Shown: piece after piece, positions 25,001 through 37,139 of the stretch
Layout: every line of letters begins with the position of its first letter
How positions within the stretch are numbered: the first letter of the stretch is position 1
Assembly (NCBI RefSeq): GCF_023055435.1
Contig: NW_025963782.1
Span: 1 to 64,000, forward strand
DNA length: 64,000 nucleotides
Reading direction: 5' to 3'
Source of the DNA: Haliotis rufescens
Lineage: Eukaryota
The notes under the pieces: model-generated
The model's input: only the letters and a program-made list of their open reading frames with translations
Database searches by the model: none
Told to the model about the DNA's origin: nothing
Made by a program: the position numbers and the translations under genes

Positions 25001-27293
25001 CATGGATGAACAAGAGGACACATAATCATATAAATACATATTAATATTTTCACTAAGTCAAACTATTCAATGTTAAACTAAAGGTTAAATGATCGGTTGT
25101 ATGTCTTACGCAGCTACAATGTATTTATACGTAATAACACTTCACACTTACAGTTCCGTGAATCTACTGACCTCATGATCCATGATCCTATGAGAGTCGT
25201 TATTCTTGGTCCAAGCTTCCTCTCAAGAAGCCCTCCTCCAAACATTGTGATTCCTTGACCAATCATCATACACGCCTGTACCCATATCCCATCTACAAAG
25301 CGAAGATCACTGGGGGAGGACCCTCTCCGTATGTACGATATTATATATGGGCTGAAGTTCCCTGGAATTGGAAATACATATTCAGTTAAATAGTAGTTCA
25401 ATGTAGTTAACAAATGTTCCCTAATTCAACGATATATTCCACATGTGGAGCTTTATGGAACAGATCGCGTCCTGGTCTGTATTTGAGAGTTTGCGGTTAA
25501 TGTATTTGTGTTCTGTGTTATAACATTGTTTAAGCGTATATGGAATGTGGGGAGTTATATGACATACATAACTTTGGTATAACAGAGAGATCGTAAAGGA
25601 TCGAGAAAGAATGGAAGAATCGGAGTGCCATGTACTACAATAATGACAGGTGTTACATGGGTGAACAGACTCTATACTATCAACCTGTTCCGTGCATGTC
25701 GCATTTACAACGACAATGACACCAGGTCAACAGACTCTAAACTACCAACTTGTTCCGTGCATGTCGCATGTACAACAATTATGACACCAGGTGTTACATG
25801 GGTGAACGTACTCTGGACTACCAACTTGTTCCGTGCATGTCCCATGTACAACGATAATGACACCAGGTGTTACATGGGTCAAAAGACTCTATACTGCCAA
25901 CTTGTTTCGTGCGTGTCCCATGTACAACAATTATGACACCAGGTGTTACATGGGTCAACAGACTCTATACTACCAACTTGTTTCGTGCGTGTCCCATGTA
26001 CAACAATTATGACACCAGGTGTTACATGGGTGAACATACTCTATACTACCAACCTGTTCCGTGCATGTCGCATTTACAACGACAATGACACCAGGTGTTA
26101 CATGGGTCAACAGACTCTATACTACCAACTTGTTCCGTGCATGTCGCATGTACAACGTCAATGACACCAGGTCAACAGGCTCTATACTACCAACTTGTTC
26201 CGTGCGTGTCCCATGTACATCAATTATGACACCAGGTGTTACATGGGTCAACAGACTCTATACTACCAACTTGTTTCGTGCGTGTCCCATGTACAACAAT
26301 TATGACACCAGGTGTTACATGGGTGAACAGACTCTATACTGCCAACTTGTTCCGTGCGTGTCGCATGTACAACGACAATGACACCAGGTGTTACGTGGGT
26401 CAAAAGACTCTATACTACCAACTTGTTCCGTGCATGTCGCACGTACAACGACAATGACACCAGGTGTTACGTGGGTCAAAAGACTCTTTACTACCAACTT
26501 GTTCCGTGCATGTCGCATGTACAACGACAATGACACCAGGTGTTACATGGGTCAACAGACTCTACACTACCAACTTGTTCCGTTCGTGTCGTATATACAA
26601 CAGTGAAAACACTAGGTGTTACATGGGTCAAAAGATTCTACACTACCAACTTGTTCCGTTCGTGTCGTATATACAACAGTGAAAATACCAGGTGTAACAT
26701 GAGTGAACAGACTATACTACCAACTTGTTCCGTGCGTATCGTATATACAACAGTGATAACACCAGGTGTTGCAAGGGTGAACAAACTCTAAACTACCAAC
26801 TTGTTCCGTGCGTGCGATAGATGTGTATCCCCGAATAAGTGACAATTATGTCAGCTACATGCACACGCCTGGGCCATACATCATACTCCTTGCAAAGTAA
26901 CACATGTTACCTGACGGGTTTGACACTGATCTCACGACGGATTGCAAGGCATGCACGCATGTACATCTAGGTCACGGGCATTGATAACTAAAGTTATGAC
27001 ATTCGCAATAACAAATACAGCAACACGTGTATTTTTGTTCATAAAAGAATATTATCTTTATACTCACCGTATGAATAAAGTGTGCCGAGTGTGAGATGTA
27101 TTAAACATCCAGCAACAATAATAACACACCCTCGAAGGTTACACTGTCTTCTCCGAACTATTGCGCCGGGAATGTTGGTTGGCTTTACAAATACGCCCTG
27201 GTTGTCTCCTCCCGCGTTCGCACTGTTCTGTTCTTGCACGTGCATCGTGTTGTCCTCACTGACGTCCGTGTCGTTTTCTTTAATCATCTGCAT
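16036..27293 (-). CDS. MFS transporter, oxalate:formate antiporter (OFA)-like, 12 exons, about 540 aa
   Basis: GT-AG exons with consistent phases: 27068-27293, 25172-25361, 24871-24997, 23155-23294, 22476-22599, 21973-22103, 19266-19343, 19021-19138, 18765-18887, 17122-17331, 16513-16612, 16036-16091 (total 1623 nt). Motifs include HLTLGTLYSYGN, GGLLERKLGPR, GIAYPIPLGCAMKWLP, YGQTFIDDDHFLA, WGYIMDRFSFK and GVNFGLLFTSQ. The start Met and the two loop exons are the least certain parts. Confidence 0.9.
17841..18750. mobile_element. About 0.9-kb non-autonomous DNA element with a terminal hairpin (collapsed in this copy), in an MFS intron
   Basis: Same ends (tagaggttatcacgc...cccattatatgataa) as the copies at 40342, 52346 and 62169, but with unrelated flanks. 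Confidence 0.85.
19616..20962. repeat. 77-bp minisatellite, about 17 copies, in an MFS intron
   Basis: Unit gagttacatgtgtcacttgtttgtactgggacgctacagtataaaccaggtctccatgtagtagatcaaaacacagt, head to tail with no spacers. Confidence 0.95.
22862..22993. other. Assembly gap next to a (tac)n repeat
   Basis: Run of N. Confidence 1.
25627..26815. repeat. 76-bp minisatellite, about 15-16 copies, in MFS intron 1
   Basis: Unit gacaccaggtgttacatgggtcaacagactctatactaccaacttgttccgtgcatgtcgcatgtacaacgacaat. Some units carry a short internal deletion. Confidence 0.95.
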
Positions 27294-28169
27294 GTCAGTA
27301 TGGTTTATATTTTCATGTAGCACTACCTTCTACCACCGAGAGTCTATCTTACCTGGTGGCAACAGAGCAAAAACAGCGTTGTTTACACTCAGCCCCGCAA
27401 CACGCCGGCCAGCTAGCGGAGTAGGATTTAATTTGACATACATAGTGTGTCTTTAATATGTAAGTGGCGTGGTTAACACGTACACGGGGCGGTGGGTAGC
27501 CTTGTTGTTAAAGCGTTGGCTCGTCACGTCACGTCACGTTGGCTCGTTCGATTCCCCTCATGGGTACAATGTGTGAAGCCCCTTTTCCGGTGTCCCCCAC
27601 TGTGATATTGCTTGAATATTGCTAAAAGTGGGATAAAACCAAATTCACACACCACAATTAACCCGTATTAACATTAAAATACAGTATTTATGTAATCCTT
27701 ATTGAATGTTAATGTACCTGATGTACCTGATATTTGCATCAAAGACTATTTGGATCTATTTTTATCACTGAATTTTTCGTTACACTTATATGAAATAGAA
27801 TGTATATATATATATATATATATATATAAAAGTCAAATTATTTCATCTAAGCATACTGTTTTATTTGAATTAAGTATATTTCATATATTTTGTTACAGTA
27901 AACAGTTTATTGAATATAATCATTATCATTTCTCAAATATTCACAAAACATGTTTGATAATCAACATTTGACCCGTATTTATGTAAACATAGTAATCTGA
28001 CCTTTTTTATGTGCACACGCGACCTCAAAACGAATGGCGTAGAAGAACAATTTCGATGACAATCATAATTTTGGGCATCTACCAAAATACTGTCAAAGTT
28101 TGGTAAGTGTTTCTTTGTTTTAATCTGCATCAGGTAAAGTGCTACTTCCCTAGAAACATAGCTCCATTA

Positions 28170-28730
28170 AGTGGGTTCTACCCTTCTGATCACTATAATC
28201 AGGATCAGAGTGTCCCGCAAGGGAGTATTTTGTCTGTCGCTTTATTTAGTATAAACATTAATAGTCTTTCAAAGGTTTGAAGTGATTCAGTAGATGGATC
28301 ACTTTTCGTTTATGATTTTAATGTTTCTTGTCGTGGAAAAAATATGCATACAATAGAGAGGCAGTTACAAATCTGTCTCAATTTAATTCATCAATGGTAC
28401 CTTGAAAACGGGTTCAAATTTCCCAAATCAAAAACTAATTGTATACATTTCTGCAGAAAATATAAGCCGCATAAGGACCCTGACCTTTTTTTAAATGGCA
28501 CCCCTATCAAAGTTGTATAGGAGGCCAAGTTCTTCGGCCTTATAGTCGATAGCCATTTAACTTTTAACAGCAGATATACACACGAGTATTTGTTGAGAGA
28601 TGAAGATCCTCCGTTTTTCATACCTTGTGATGAAAGAATCACGGTCAAGCATGTATTGATTTTGCCATCACAAGGGATAACTTTTTCAAAGTTTCATTCT
28701 TGAAGGGTCTTTAAAATAGTTCTCATTTAA
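28170..28730 (+). mobile_element. Degraded non-LTR (LINE) reverse transcriptase fragment
   Basis: Broken frames read SVPQGSILSVALFSININSL, GSLFVYDF (YxDD region), GFKFPKSKTNCIHFC, KFFGLIVDSHLTF and C-terminal CDERITVKHVLI. Confidence 0.75.
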
Positions 28731-29353
28731 TCATCGTTGTTTAAAGGAATTTGAGTTATTACATAACTTTTGATTGCTATATTTTTTATAATTGGTTGAA
28801 TAAAATTAATAGCTGAGATTGTTGGGGTTGTATCCTCGAAGGGGGTTGAAGTAGTGTAAAATTATTGTCACCAACATTTTCCAATAACATATATCCACAG
28901 AATCCAGTCAGTGCCGAGGAGATGCAGAGCCGTGATTGCTGCCCGGGGCGGTCACACGAGCTATTGAGTTCAGCGCATCCGTGTGGCCTTATGTGACATG
29001 ACAATGAACAGTTTTCAATGCCTTTATAAAGCGACAACAGGTGACTATCGAGCTCCAAAATTTCATATTTGTATCTATGATATTCAATTAAATATATCGA
29101 CTTTATTAAGTACAATCAATTTACTAAAAATATAGTTTTACATACTCAAAAACTAGTTTTACGTAAATCTGTGAAATTCTAGTTATTATACTGTCCTTCG
29201 TTGACAGACTTTTATACAGTTTAAATATATATTGTTAATGTCAAATTTTGTCTCGTCACGATGTGGTTGTAATATTGCCGATGTGACGTTAAACTTTACC
29301 TCACCCACTCATCGTTCACCTCTCTCGTTCCTACGTTCACTCACTCTACCTAC

Positions 29354-30165
29354 CTCGGTCCCGTATTCTGTGTGTTCCAGCCAGTGTTCGGAGCCTGTGT
29401 CCCCTGTGATGCCAGCATGGTAGTGTATCTCCCCCAGGAGGAACGTGCAGCCCTGACGATGGGGTACGTCACTGAGAGACAGTCTTCCCTTTGGGAAGTT
29501 CATTGTAGCTGTTTGTCCTGTGGATATGTAGGAGTCATGGCTGACATTGGCAGTGAAAGAGAACGTGGAATGTCCGTGTCTTGCAGTCCATATCTGTGTT
29601 CTAATACCTCTACCACGAAATAGTCCCTGGTTCGAAATAGACCGTATTCCTTTTATAATACCGCAAAACACCATTACTCTTCTGAAACAATAACTGATCA
29701 CCGTTGAAGAAATGCATTCTACACATTCTACAGAATCTACAGAAATGATGGCGTAACCATCTGAGATGAGTAAAGGTCATTTGATATCAAATATTATGTC
29801 CTCATCAGTTAATCACACTGGTGTTTTGTATGACTGGAGACACAGCTGTGACCTGTGGTCGGTGCATCTGTATGTGCATCTGTGTGTCTGAACCTAAACA
29901 TTCTGTTATCCTATTTCATTGCAAACACACGTTTAGCATGTCGATTGTGGTATGGACGTGTCGACGTATATGGCTAGGGGAAACTTATATATTCAGCTAA
30001 CACCAAACTGAAAACCTACCATTATTATAAGTGACTGACGATACACTTGCAGCCTCAGACTGGCTGTATGTGAGAGTGTAGGGCTGACCACACGCTGCGC
30101 CTCGGGTACTCAGAGGTACGGGAGACTGCTTCGCTCCCCCACAGCAGGTTGAGATCAGGTGCCAT
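29354..30165 (-). pseudogene. Truncated inverted carbonic anhydrase duplicate (two exons)
   Basis: Exon 29354-29517 (164 nt, EIHYHAG/GSEH) matches 10474-10637, and exon 30020-~30164 matches 9499-9654. The acceptor AG and first codons of the latter are deleted (ttgca-atggcacc versus ttgcaggtccactgcggtggcacc). No downstream CA exons are visible before the MFS gene. Confidence 0.85.
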
Positions 30166-31078
30166 TGCAATATTAGCATAATGTACACCAGTTTTAGTGT
30201 GTATCATATAACCATTAAAACATACTTATTCCGAAACCATTTGACAGAAATGTGTTTTTTTCTTGAACATTGACACACACAAATTTATCATTAGCTAATT
30301 GGTTGGCAGTCCCTTCCTGGTCACTCTGACCTGCCTCTTCTGAAAAAAGGAACAAAATTGTTCTTTCGACTTCATCAAAATCCATAGGGTGGTAAATACT
30401 ACGTAATCTGATTTTATCTGAACAAGTAACAATACATATTAAAACGTGCTTGACTATGAATATGTTTTGCTTGTCTGATTGTTGTTTAAAGCCGTTCTCA
30501 GCAATATTCCTGTCGGTAAAAAATCGAGTCTGGACCAGACAATTCAGTGACTGACATCATGGAACTATCAATATGTACAACTGATATAAGGCATATATGT
30601 GAATAACTCATACCAATCGGGAATTGATACAAATCGCATTGTTCTATATTCCTTTCTCTGTGGACGATGATGAAGTTGTTCATTAAACAGATATGAATAT
30701 AGAACAATAGATAATGTCACTATCGATATCAACAACATGTCGCTGTATTATATTTTTGGGGATTACGGCTGATATTTTTACATCTTTCAAATGTGGAACA
30801 GACGAGTGCACTGGCATATTGTAATAAAGTGTACAGTTTGTTCATTTTTAACTTCCATCGCTCATAGTGTTCTTACATTTATATATCAAAAGGTTCCATT
30901 AAATTCAACTTTGTCTTATATCTTGAATTTTCTTAACTTTGCGTATCCACAAATCTTCCACTTTGAGAATTAAATTGGTTCACTGAGAAAGCTTGCGAAT
31001 GAAATAAAAGCGACAAAAGGTTTACCATATCAATATATCGGCGAAACCGCATTGTCGGTGGTTCATATTGGGAAAGGG

Positions 31079-31351
31079 GGCACGGGTGGCCCAGTCGTCT
31101 AAGGCGCCGCGATTCGCTGTGCAGAGTTGCGTCCCTTGGGCACGCCAGAAACCTATGATTGTGGGTTCGAATCCCGGTTCGCCCCAATTATGTTTCTAGG
31201 TTTGTCAGCACCATACCCGTGCTCGTGGGTTTCACCGAAGTGGTAAACGTCTGAGACCTGCATCACTTCGGGCTTTCCTCCCACATTAAGCTGACACGCC
31301 GTGATATAACTGGAATACTGTTAAAAGCGGCGTTAAACCCAACTCACTCAC
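31079..31351 (+). mobile_element. Full-length tRNA-derived SINE (family D)
   Basis: Head gggtggcccagtcgtctaaggcg...ggttcgaatccc and an (actc)n tail. 16-bp TSD tcatattgggaaaggg. Other copies at about 39750-40030 (+), 41553-41815 (-), 21705-21860 (-), 48470-48920 and 58305-58740. Confidence 0.9.
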
Positions 31352-32236
31352 TCATATTGGGAAAGGGTGGTCACTCTAATTTCAAACGGGAGCTATCTCC
31401 GTTGTTTTCGTATTTGTACATTGGACAAAATGGAATAATAACCACGTTGGCATTATAGTATAGTGTTGTCATTGAATATTGAATGTCTATAGATAATTCA
31501 TGGTATTTCATCATACACAGTCGACTCGTGATATTACCTAGTCACCAGGTAAAACACAGGGTGTTTTGGTTTCTAAAAGGGATTTAACGAATTAAATTAC
31601 AAAAATACCCAGTATAAATTGATGCACATGTTACTCTATGTATTTATCAACTACTACGATCTCGTTTACTGTTTGTTCAACATTTCAACTGAATTTGCCA
31701 GACTTCATGGCATTTGAAAGTACTAGTGCCTTTTACTTTATTTGTTTCTACAAAAGTGTCTGCCGGTATCTCAAAGCTTTCTGTTGAACTATGAAGTATT
31801 ATTTGAAATAATGTCTATCAACTCTATATTTTACTACATGTTGTTTTTGTTGCCTTGTTTGAAGCCGTACTGTTGCAATGTTCTAGCCTATCATGGCGGC
31901 CTGTAAATAGTGGAGTCTGGTCCAGACAAACTTGTGATTGTAATCATGGGCATCGTCCCAGAGCATCTGAACACAATGACACGCAATCAACCAAGCCGAG
32001 TTGGATACCCGACCCATCGTCTCTGACAACATTGGTAACTGGGAACGTGATGCGGAAACGTAGCTTTATCCTCTTTTACTGTCCCATCCCCACTGGGTAC
32101 AAATACATCGCAACGTTCCACGCCTTCATAACATGCTTTTAAAGGCTAATGCTGATTTTGCCATGTCCTTCTTAAACTCTGTCAGATGTTTCGACAGTGG
32201 ATTTTTTATACCCCTTGTTCCCAAACTAGTTACTTA

Positions 32237-33160
32237 CCTTGGAATACCATCAAACCTTACCTTTGGCTGGGCCGTTACGTTCCCAACAGCGGTAAAGACA
32301 CCTTGGAATACCATCAAACCTTACCTTTGGCTGGGCCGTACCCAACAGCGGTAAAGACACCTTGGAATACCATCAAACCTTACCTTTAGCTGGGCCGTAC
32401 CCAACAGCGGTAAAGACACCTTGGAATACCATCAAACCTTACCTTTGGCTGGGCCGTACCAAACAGCGGTAAAGACACCTTGGAATACCATCAAACCTTA
32501 CCTTTGGCTGGGCCCTACCCAACAGCGGTAAAGACACCTTGGAATACCATCAAACCTTACCTTTGGCTGGGCCGTACCCAACAGCGGTAAAGACACCTTG
32601 GAATACCATCAAACCTTACCTTTAGCTGGGCCCTACCCAACAGCGGTAAAGACACCTTGGAATACCATCAAACCTTACCTTTGGCTGGGCCGTACCCAAC
32701 AGCGGTAAAGACAACTTGGAATACCATCAAACCTTACCTTTGGCTGGGCCGTACCCAACAGCGGTAAAGACACCTTGGAATACCATCAAACCTTACCTTT
32801 GGCTGGGCCGTTCCCAACAGCGGTAAAGACACCTTGCAATACCATCAAACCTTACCTTTGGCTGGGCCGTACCCAACAGCGGTAAAGACACCTTGGAATA
32901 CCATCAAACCTTACCTTTGGCTGGGCCGTACCCAACAGCGGTAAAGACACCTTGGAATACCATCAAACCTTACCTTTGGCTGGGCCGTACCCAACAGCGG
33001 TAAAGACACCTTGGAATACCATCAAACCTTACCTTTGGCTGGGCCGTACCCAACAGCGGTAAAGACACCTTGGAATACCATCAAACCTTACCTTTGGCTG
33101 GGCCGTACCCAACAGCGGTAAAGACACCTTGGAATACCATCAAACCTTACCTTTGGCTGG
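32237..33160. repeat. 59-bp minisatellite, about 15.6 highly homogeneous copies
   Basis: Unit ccttggaataccatcaaaccttacctttggctgggccgtacccaacagcggtaaagaca. Confidence 0.97.
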
Positions 33161-33901
33161 TAACAGCGGCGGGGACATAAACAGAGACCTTGGTGTTTGT
33201 AAACTCATAAATGTAATAACATACAGTTCCAGAGGGGAAATGATCCTGTTAATTCCTTTCTAAACCGATTTACTTTTTGTGAAATAAATGTTTGAAAAAA
33301 TACATCAAAGATTGTCAAAAGAACCTCTTGCGGATTACATACCATTCGATGCGTACATGTTGCAAAGAATTCAACAGGGGAGAAAAACATCCTTGGCAAA
33401 TAGGATATGCCTCATGACAAATGTCGTCACCATTCTGCATCATGTGCAACGAATTGTTTACGTCAACTTTGAATTCTAGATCCTGAAACTTGACGGGACA
33501 TCTGTGGATCAAAGATCAGGGTGTATATGTTGTTTACTGTCCCATTCATCATACAACTTCGCTGACATGACAAAGTGGTGACATGCAATTCCGTGTTGAT
33601 GTACATGCAGACACAAAATGATACAGGACAAGATCACCAAGCGAAAATAGCCACACATATTTTCCTGGCTCTACACAGATTATTCATGTCAGGCACTGTC
33701 GACATTAAACATGATCTGGTGGGTGAGAGTTGGGATGTCACCTGGAACAGTGCTACATAGGGGATACAGCTATTTGCATTTAGTTGGGTTTTATACAAAG
33801 GGTACACAATAAGTGAATCGACCAAAATGAGAGAACAGTCCAGAGAATTATACAAAGTTATTGAGTGACAGGGGCAGAAGGTTCGTAAACAGCTAATTTA
33901 C

Positions 33902-34555
33902 TATACTCAAAAACAAAAGTTCCTGTGACACCAATATTTTGGTGTATTTTTCAAACAAGTAAAGTTTGGTTTCCAATTTTGTAGAACATGTATGGAATCA
34001 AGTCACAAAAACGCAACTGCTACAGAAAAGCATGCATTCCATGCAAAAGTTGACTTTTATGCAAGCCCCATGCATTTCACTACCCAAGAATGGCTATAAA
34101 AACATGTGCGTTAACGGGATTTCATAGGCATTGTTTAGCATCGTGCTGACATCAACCACTCAGAAAAACAACAAAATTACGCAATTATTCAACATTACGA
34201 AATGCCACGCCTGTCCGAAAATGTGCGTCTGCGAGCCATTGGTATGCTTGAAGCAGGATCGAGTCAACGTGATGTTGCAAGACAATTTAACGTCCACAGA
34301 AACACCATTTGGTGTTTATGGCAACGTTGGCAACAGACGAATGCAGTCAGAGACCATCCTCGGAGTGGCAGGCCACGCGTAACCAATAATCGACAAGACA
34401 ACTGGATTCGAACATGACACCTACGAAATCGATTCCAGCCAGCAACAGTGACTGCAAGATCTAGAAGCATCCCTGGCCTTCGACGAATATCTTCACAAAC
34501 CGTACGTCGCCGCCTGAGATGTGCAGGCATTTTCGACAGAAGACCCGCCAGACTT
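33902..34555 (+). mobile_element. 5' fragment of a Tc1/mariner DNA transposon (non-functional)
   Basis: Begins at TA followed by tactcaaaaacaaaag. ORF 34202 (MPRLSENVRLRAIGMLEAG...VARQF...RSGRPRVT) is a paired HTH with a GRPR motif. After an in-frame stop it continues ...ISSQTVRRRLR...RRP. It is truncated before the DDE domain. Confidence 0.88.
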
Positions 34556-35514
34556 CATGTAGAAGACCCGGTTTCGATTCCCCACATAGATACAATGTGT
34601 GAAGCTCATTCTGGTGTCCAAAAGCAGCGTAAAACCATACTCACTCACGCTCTGATTTAAACCATGTTGTGATTGAAACATAATTTCTCTTTAATTTTGC
34701 ATAAAGACATATAGTTGCGTCAATTTCAAAGTACACGTTCAGAATGGCCCGTAAACTCAGAATCTCAGAATCAACTACAAGAACAAAGGCGTGACGTCAT
34801 CATAATAGATTAAAAAAGGTTTTGTCGTTTTTATTTACACTTGAGTCATCAAACACCGATAAACAATCATATTTCTCGTCGGTATGTCTCGGAATAACAA
34901 GGGTAAACACAAATGGCATCAATGCAGACAAGAGCTTGTATGAATTCCATCTTCGCACTTAATTTCACCGCAGCATGGCGATGACGAGGTAAAACACATT
35001 ATCCAGTTGGTAAATTCATTTGGTGCCCATTCGGTCTTATACAGACTCCCTGCACAAACTAACACTGAGAACAACATACCCCTTAGAAGCAAGTATTTGG
35101 GTAACTATGGTATGGAACTATATACAGGAAAATTATCCGATATGTATCAAGAAAATATCTCCAGCAACACAAATACTATCACAATATTACCTTGATGTGT
35201 GCAGTTTAGGAGTATTGGAAAGTGACTGTTCGTGTTTTGTATTTACACATTAAAGAAAATTACTACATGAGTGTTTTTGTTTGTTTGTTTGTTTGTTGTT
35301 TAACGCCGCACTCAGCCATATGACGGCGGTCTGTAAATAATCGAATCTGGACCAGACAATCCAGTGATTGACACCATGAGCATTGATTCAGGCAATTGGG
35401 ACACGATGACATGCATCAACCAAATCAGCGAGCCTGACCACACGATCCCGTTCGTCGCCTCTTACGACAAGCATAGTCGCCTTTTACCGCAAGCATGGGT
35501 TACCGAAGACCTAT

Positions 35515-35909
35515 TCTGCCTCCTCAAGGAGCCCAGGTTCCCCGCCACCACAGGGAGCCCAAGGTTCTCCCGCCATCTCAAGGACCCCACATTTCCCCGC
35601 CATCTCAAGGAGCCCAGCTTTCCCCGTCATCTCAGGGACCCCAGCTTTCTCCGCCACCTCAGGGAGCCAAGACTCCCCCGCCACCCCAGGGAGCCCAGCT
35701 TTTCCCGCCGCCCCAGCTTTCCCCGCCACCTCAGGGACCCCAGCTTTCCCCGCCATCTCACGGACAGCAGCTTTAACCGCAACCACAGGGACCCCACGTT
35801 CCCCCGCCACCTCAGGCACCCCAGATTCCCTGGCTACGAGTATACACTCAGCAGAAGAATATTCCGTAGACCAATACCACAACATACAATGCGCATTACA
35901 TTTCATTAA
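35515..35909 (+). repeat. GC-rich 27-bp repeat block with a unique tail; open frame reads (PRHLREPSF)n...PRFPGYEYTLSRRIFRRP
   Basis: Unit ccccgccacctcagggagcccaggttc. The 5' end is cut by a SINE at 35275-35516. Confidence 0.8.
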
Positions 35910-36193
35910 ACATATGACAGATACAAACTAAGACTAAAAGTAAGTCGGTTCTGGTGGCAGCGGTGTTAAGGCTGCTAGGCGCGAGCGTCCCCGGAAGTGT
36001 ATAACACACGTCCTAGTACACATCACTAAACTGTCCAAAACACTCTGTGTAACAGTTTTATTATGAAAGTAATGGTCGCTCGCATCTTAAAAGTTGTGGC
36101 CATCTGTGTAACTGGTTGTGAGAATATTTCCATTTTCCTACGCTGTTCATGGGCTCAAGTCTCGTGTCGGAGTCTCTCTTAAGACAGATGTGA

Positions 36194-36339
36194 TCACGGA
36201 ATGAAACACATTACATTCTCAATATACTTCATTGTCTTCAGGTTGAAATGTACGTTGTTTTCCAGGTATATGACATCAATATTCTTTCCACTTATGTACA
36301 GGCTGTTGTTGTAGTAGACAAGGCTTCTAATGCTATCCC
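36194..36339 (-). pseudogene. 3'-terminal remnant of a fourth propeller-gene copy
   Basis: Encodes DSIRSLVYYNNSLYISGKNIDVIYLENNVHFNLKTMKYIENVMCFIP*, followed by its own diverged 3' flank (35910-36193). At 36335-36340 it is fused directly to the GC-rich repeat. Confidence 0.85.
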
Positions 36340-36800
36340 ACGCCACCTCAGGGACCCTTGGGTTCCCCCGCAACCTCAGGAAGCCCAGCTTTCTCAGCCA
36401 CCTCAGTGAGCCTAGGTTCCCCCGCCACCTCAGGAAGACCAGCTTCCTCAGCCGCCCAGGCACCCCAGGTTTCCCCGCCACCTCAGGGAGCCTATACTTC
36501 CCCCGCCACCTCAGGGGGCCCAGCTTTCTCAGCCACCTCAGGGAGACCAGATTTCTCCGCCACCCAAGATTTCCCCGCCACTACAGGGAGCCCAGTTTTT
36601 TCTGCCACCCCAGCTCTCCCTGCCACCTCAGGGAGCCAAGCTTTCTCCGCCATCTCAGGGACACAAGGTTCACCCGCCACTTCAGGGTCCCTTGCTTTTG
36701 CCTCGCCACCCCAGGGAGCCCAGGTCCTGCAAGCTCCCCAGGCAAAACAGGTTCCCCCGCCACCTCAAGGATCCCAGCTTTTCCCGCCACCCCGGTTCCC
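36335..36800. repeat. GC-rich repeat block B, distal part
   Basis: Appears identical to 45091-45556, with identical ORF translations. Confidence 0.9.
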
Positions 36801-37139
36801 TAACTATGGGTAATCATTCAGCAGAAGGAAATTCGGTAGACCAATACTACAACATGCATTACACATTACATTTCAATAATCATATGACATAGATACAAAC
36901 TAAGACTAAAAGTAATTCGGTTCTGGTGACAGCGGTGTTAAGGCTGCTAGGCACGAGCGCCCCCTGAAGTGTTCAACATACGTCCTACACTCTGTGTAAC
37001 AGTATTATTATCAAAATAATGGTCGCTCTATCTAAAAACTTGTGGCAATCTGTGTAACTGGTTGTGAGAATATTTCCATTTTCCTACGATGTCCCTGTGC
37101 TAAAGTATCGTGTAGGAGTCTCTTTTAAGACAGATGTGA

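Larger units (their letters stand above)
29310..33901 (-). repeat. Inverted segmental duplicate of about 5860-10680
   Basis: Reverse-complement matches: 29310-31030 to 8690-10680, 31430-32260 to 6790-7640, and 33187-33901 to 5864-6755. Paired ORF translations on opposite strands are near-identical, for example 6249+ and 33315-. Confidence 0.9.

Noticed and set aside
31079-31190. tRNA genes at tRNA-like heads (also 8292, 11590-11661, 27485)
   Set aside because: Each head continues into a SINE body and simple-repeat tail, and two have TSDs. They are SINEs, not tRNA genes.
32237-33160. CRISPR-like appearance of the 59-, 76- and 77-bp arrays
   Set aside because: The units are head to tail with no unique spacers, there are no cas genes, and the context is eukaryotic.
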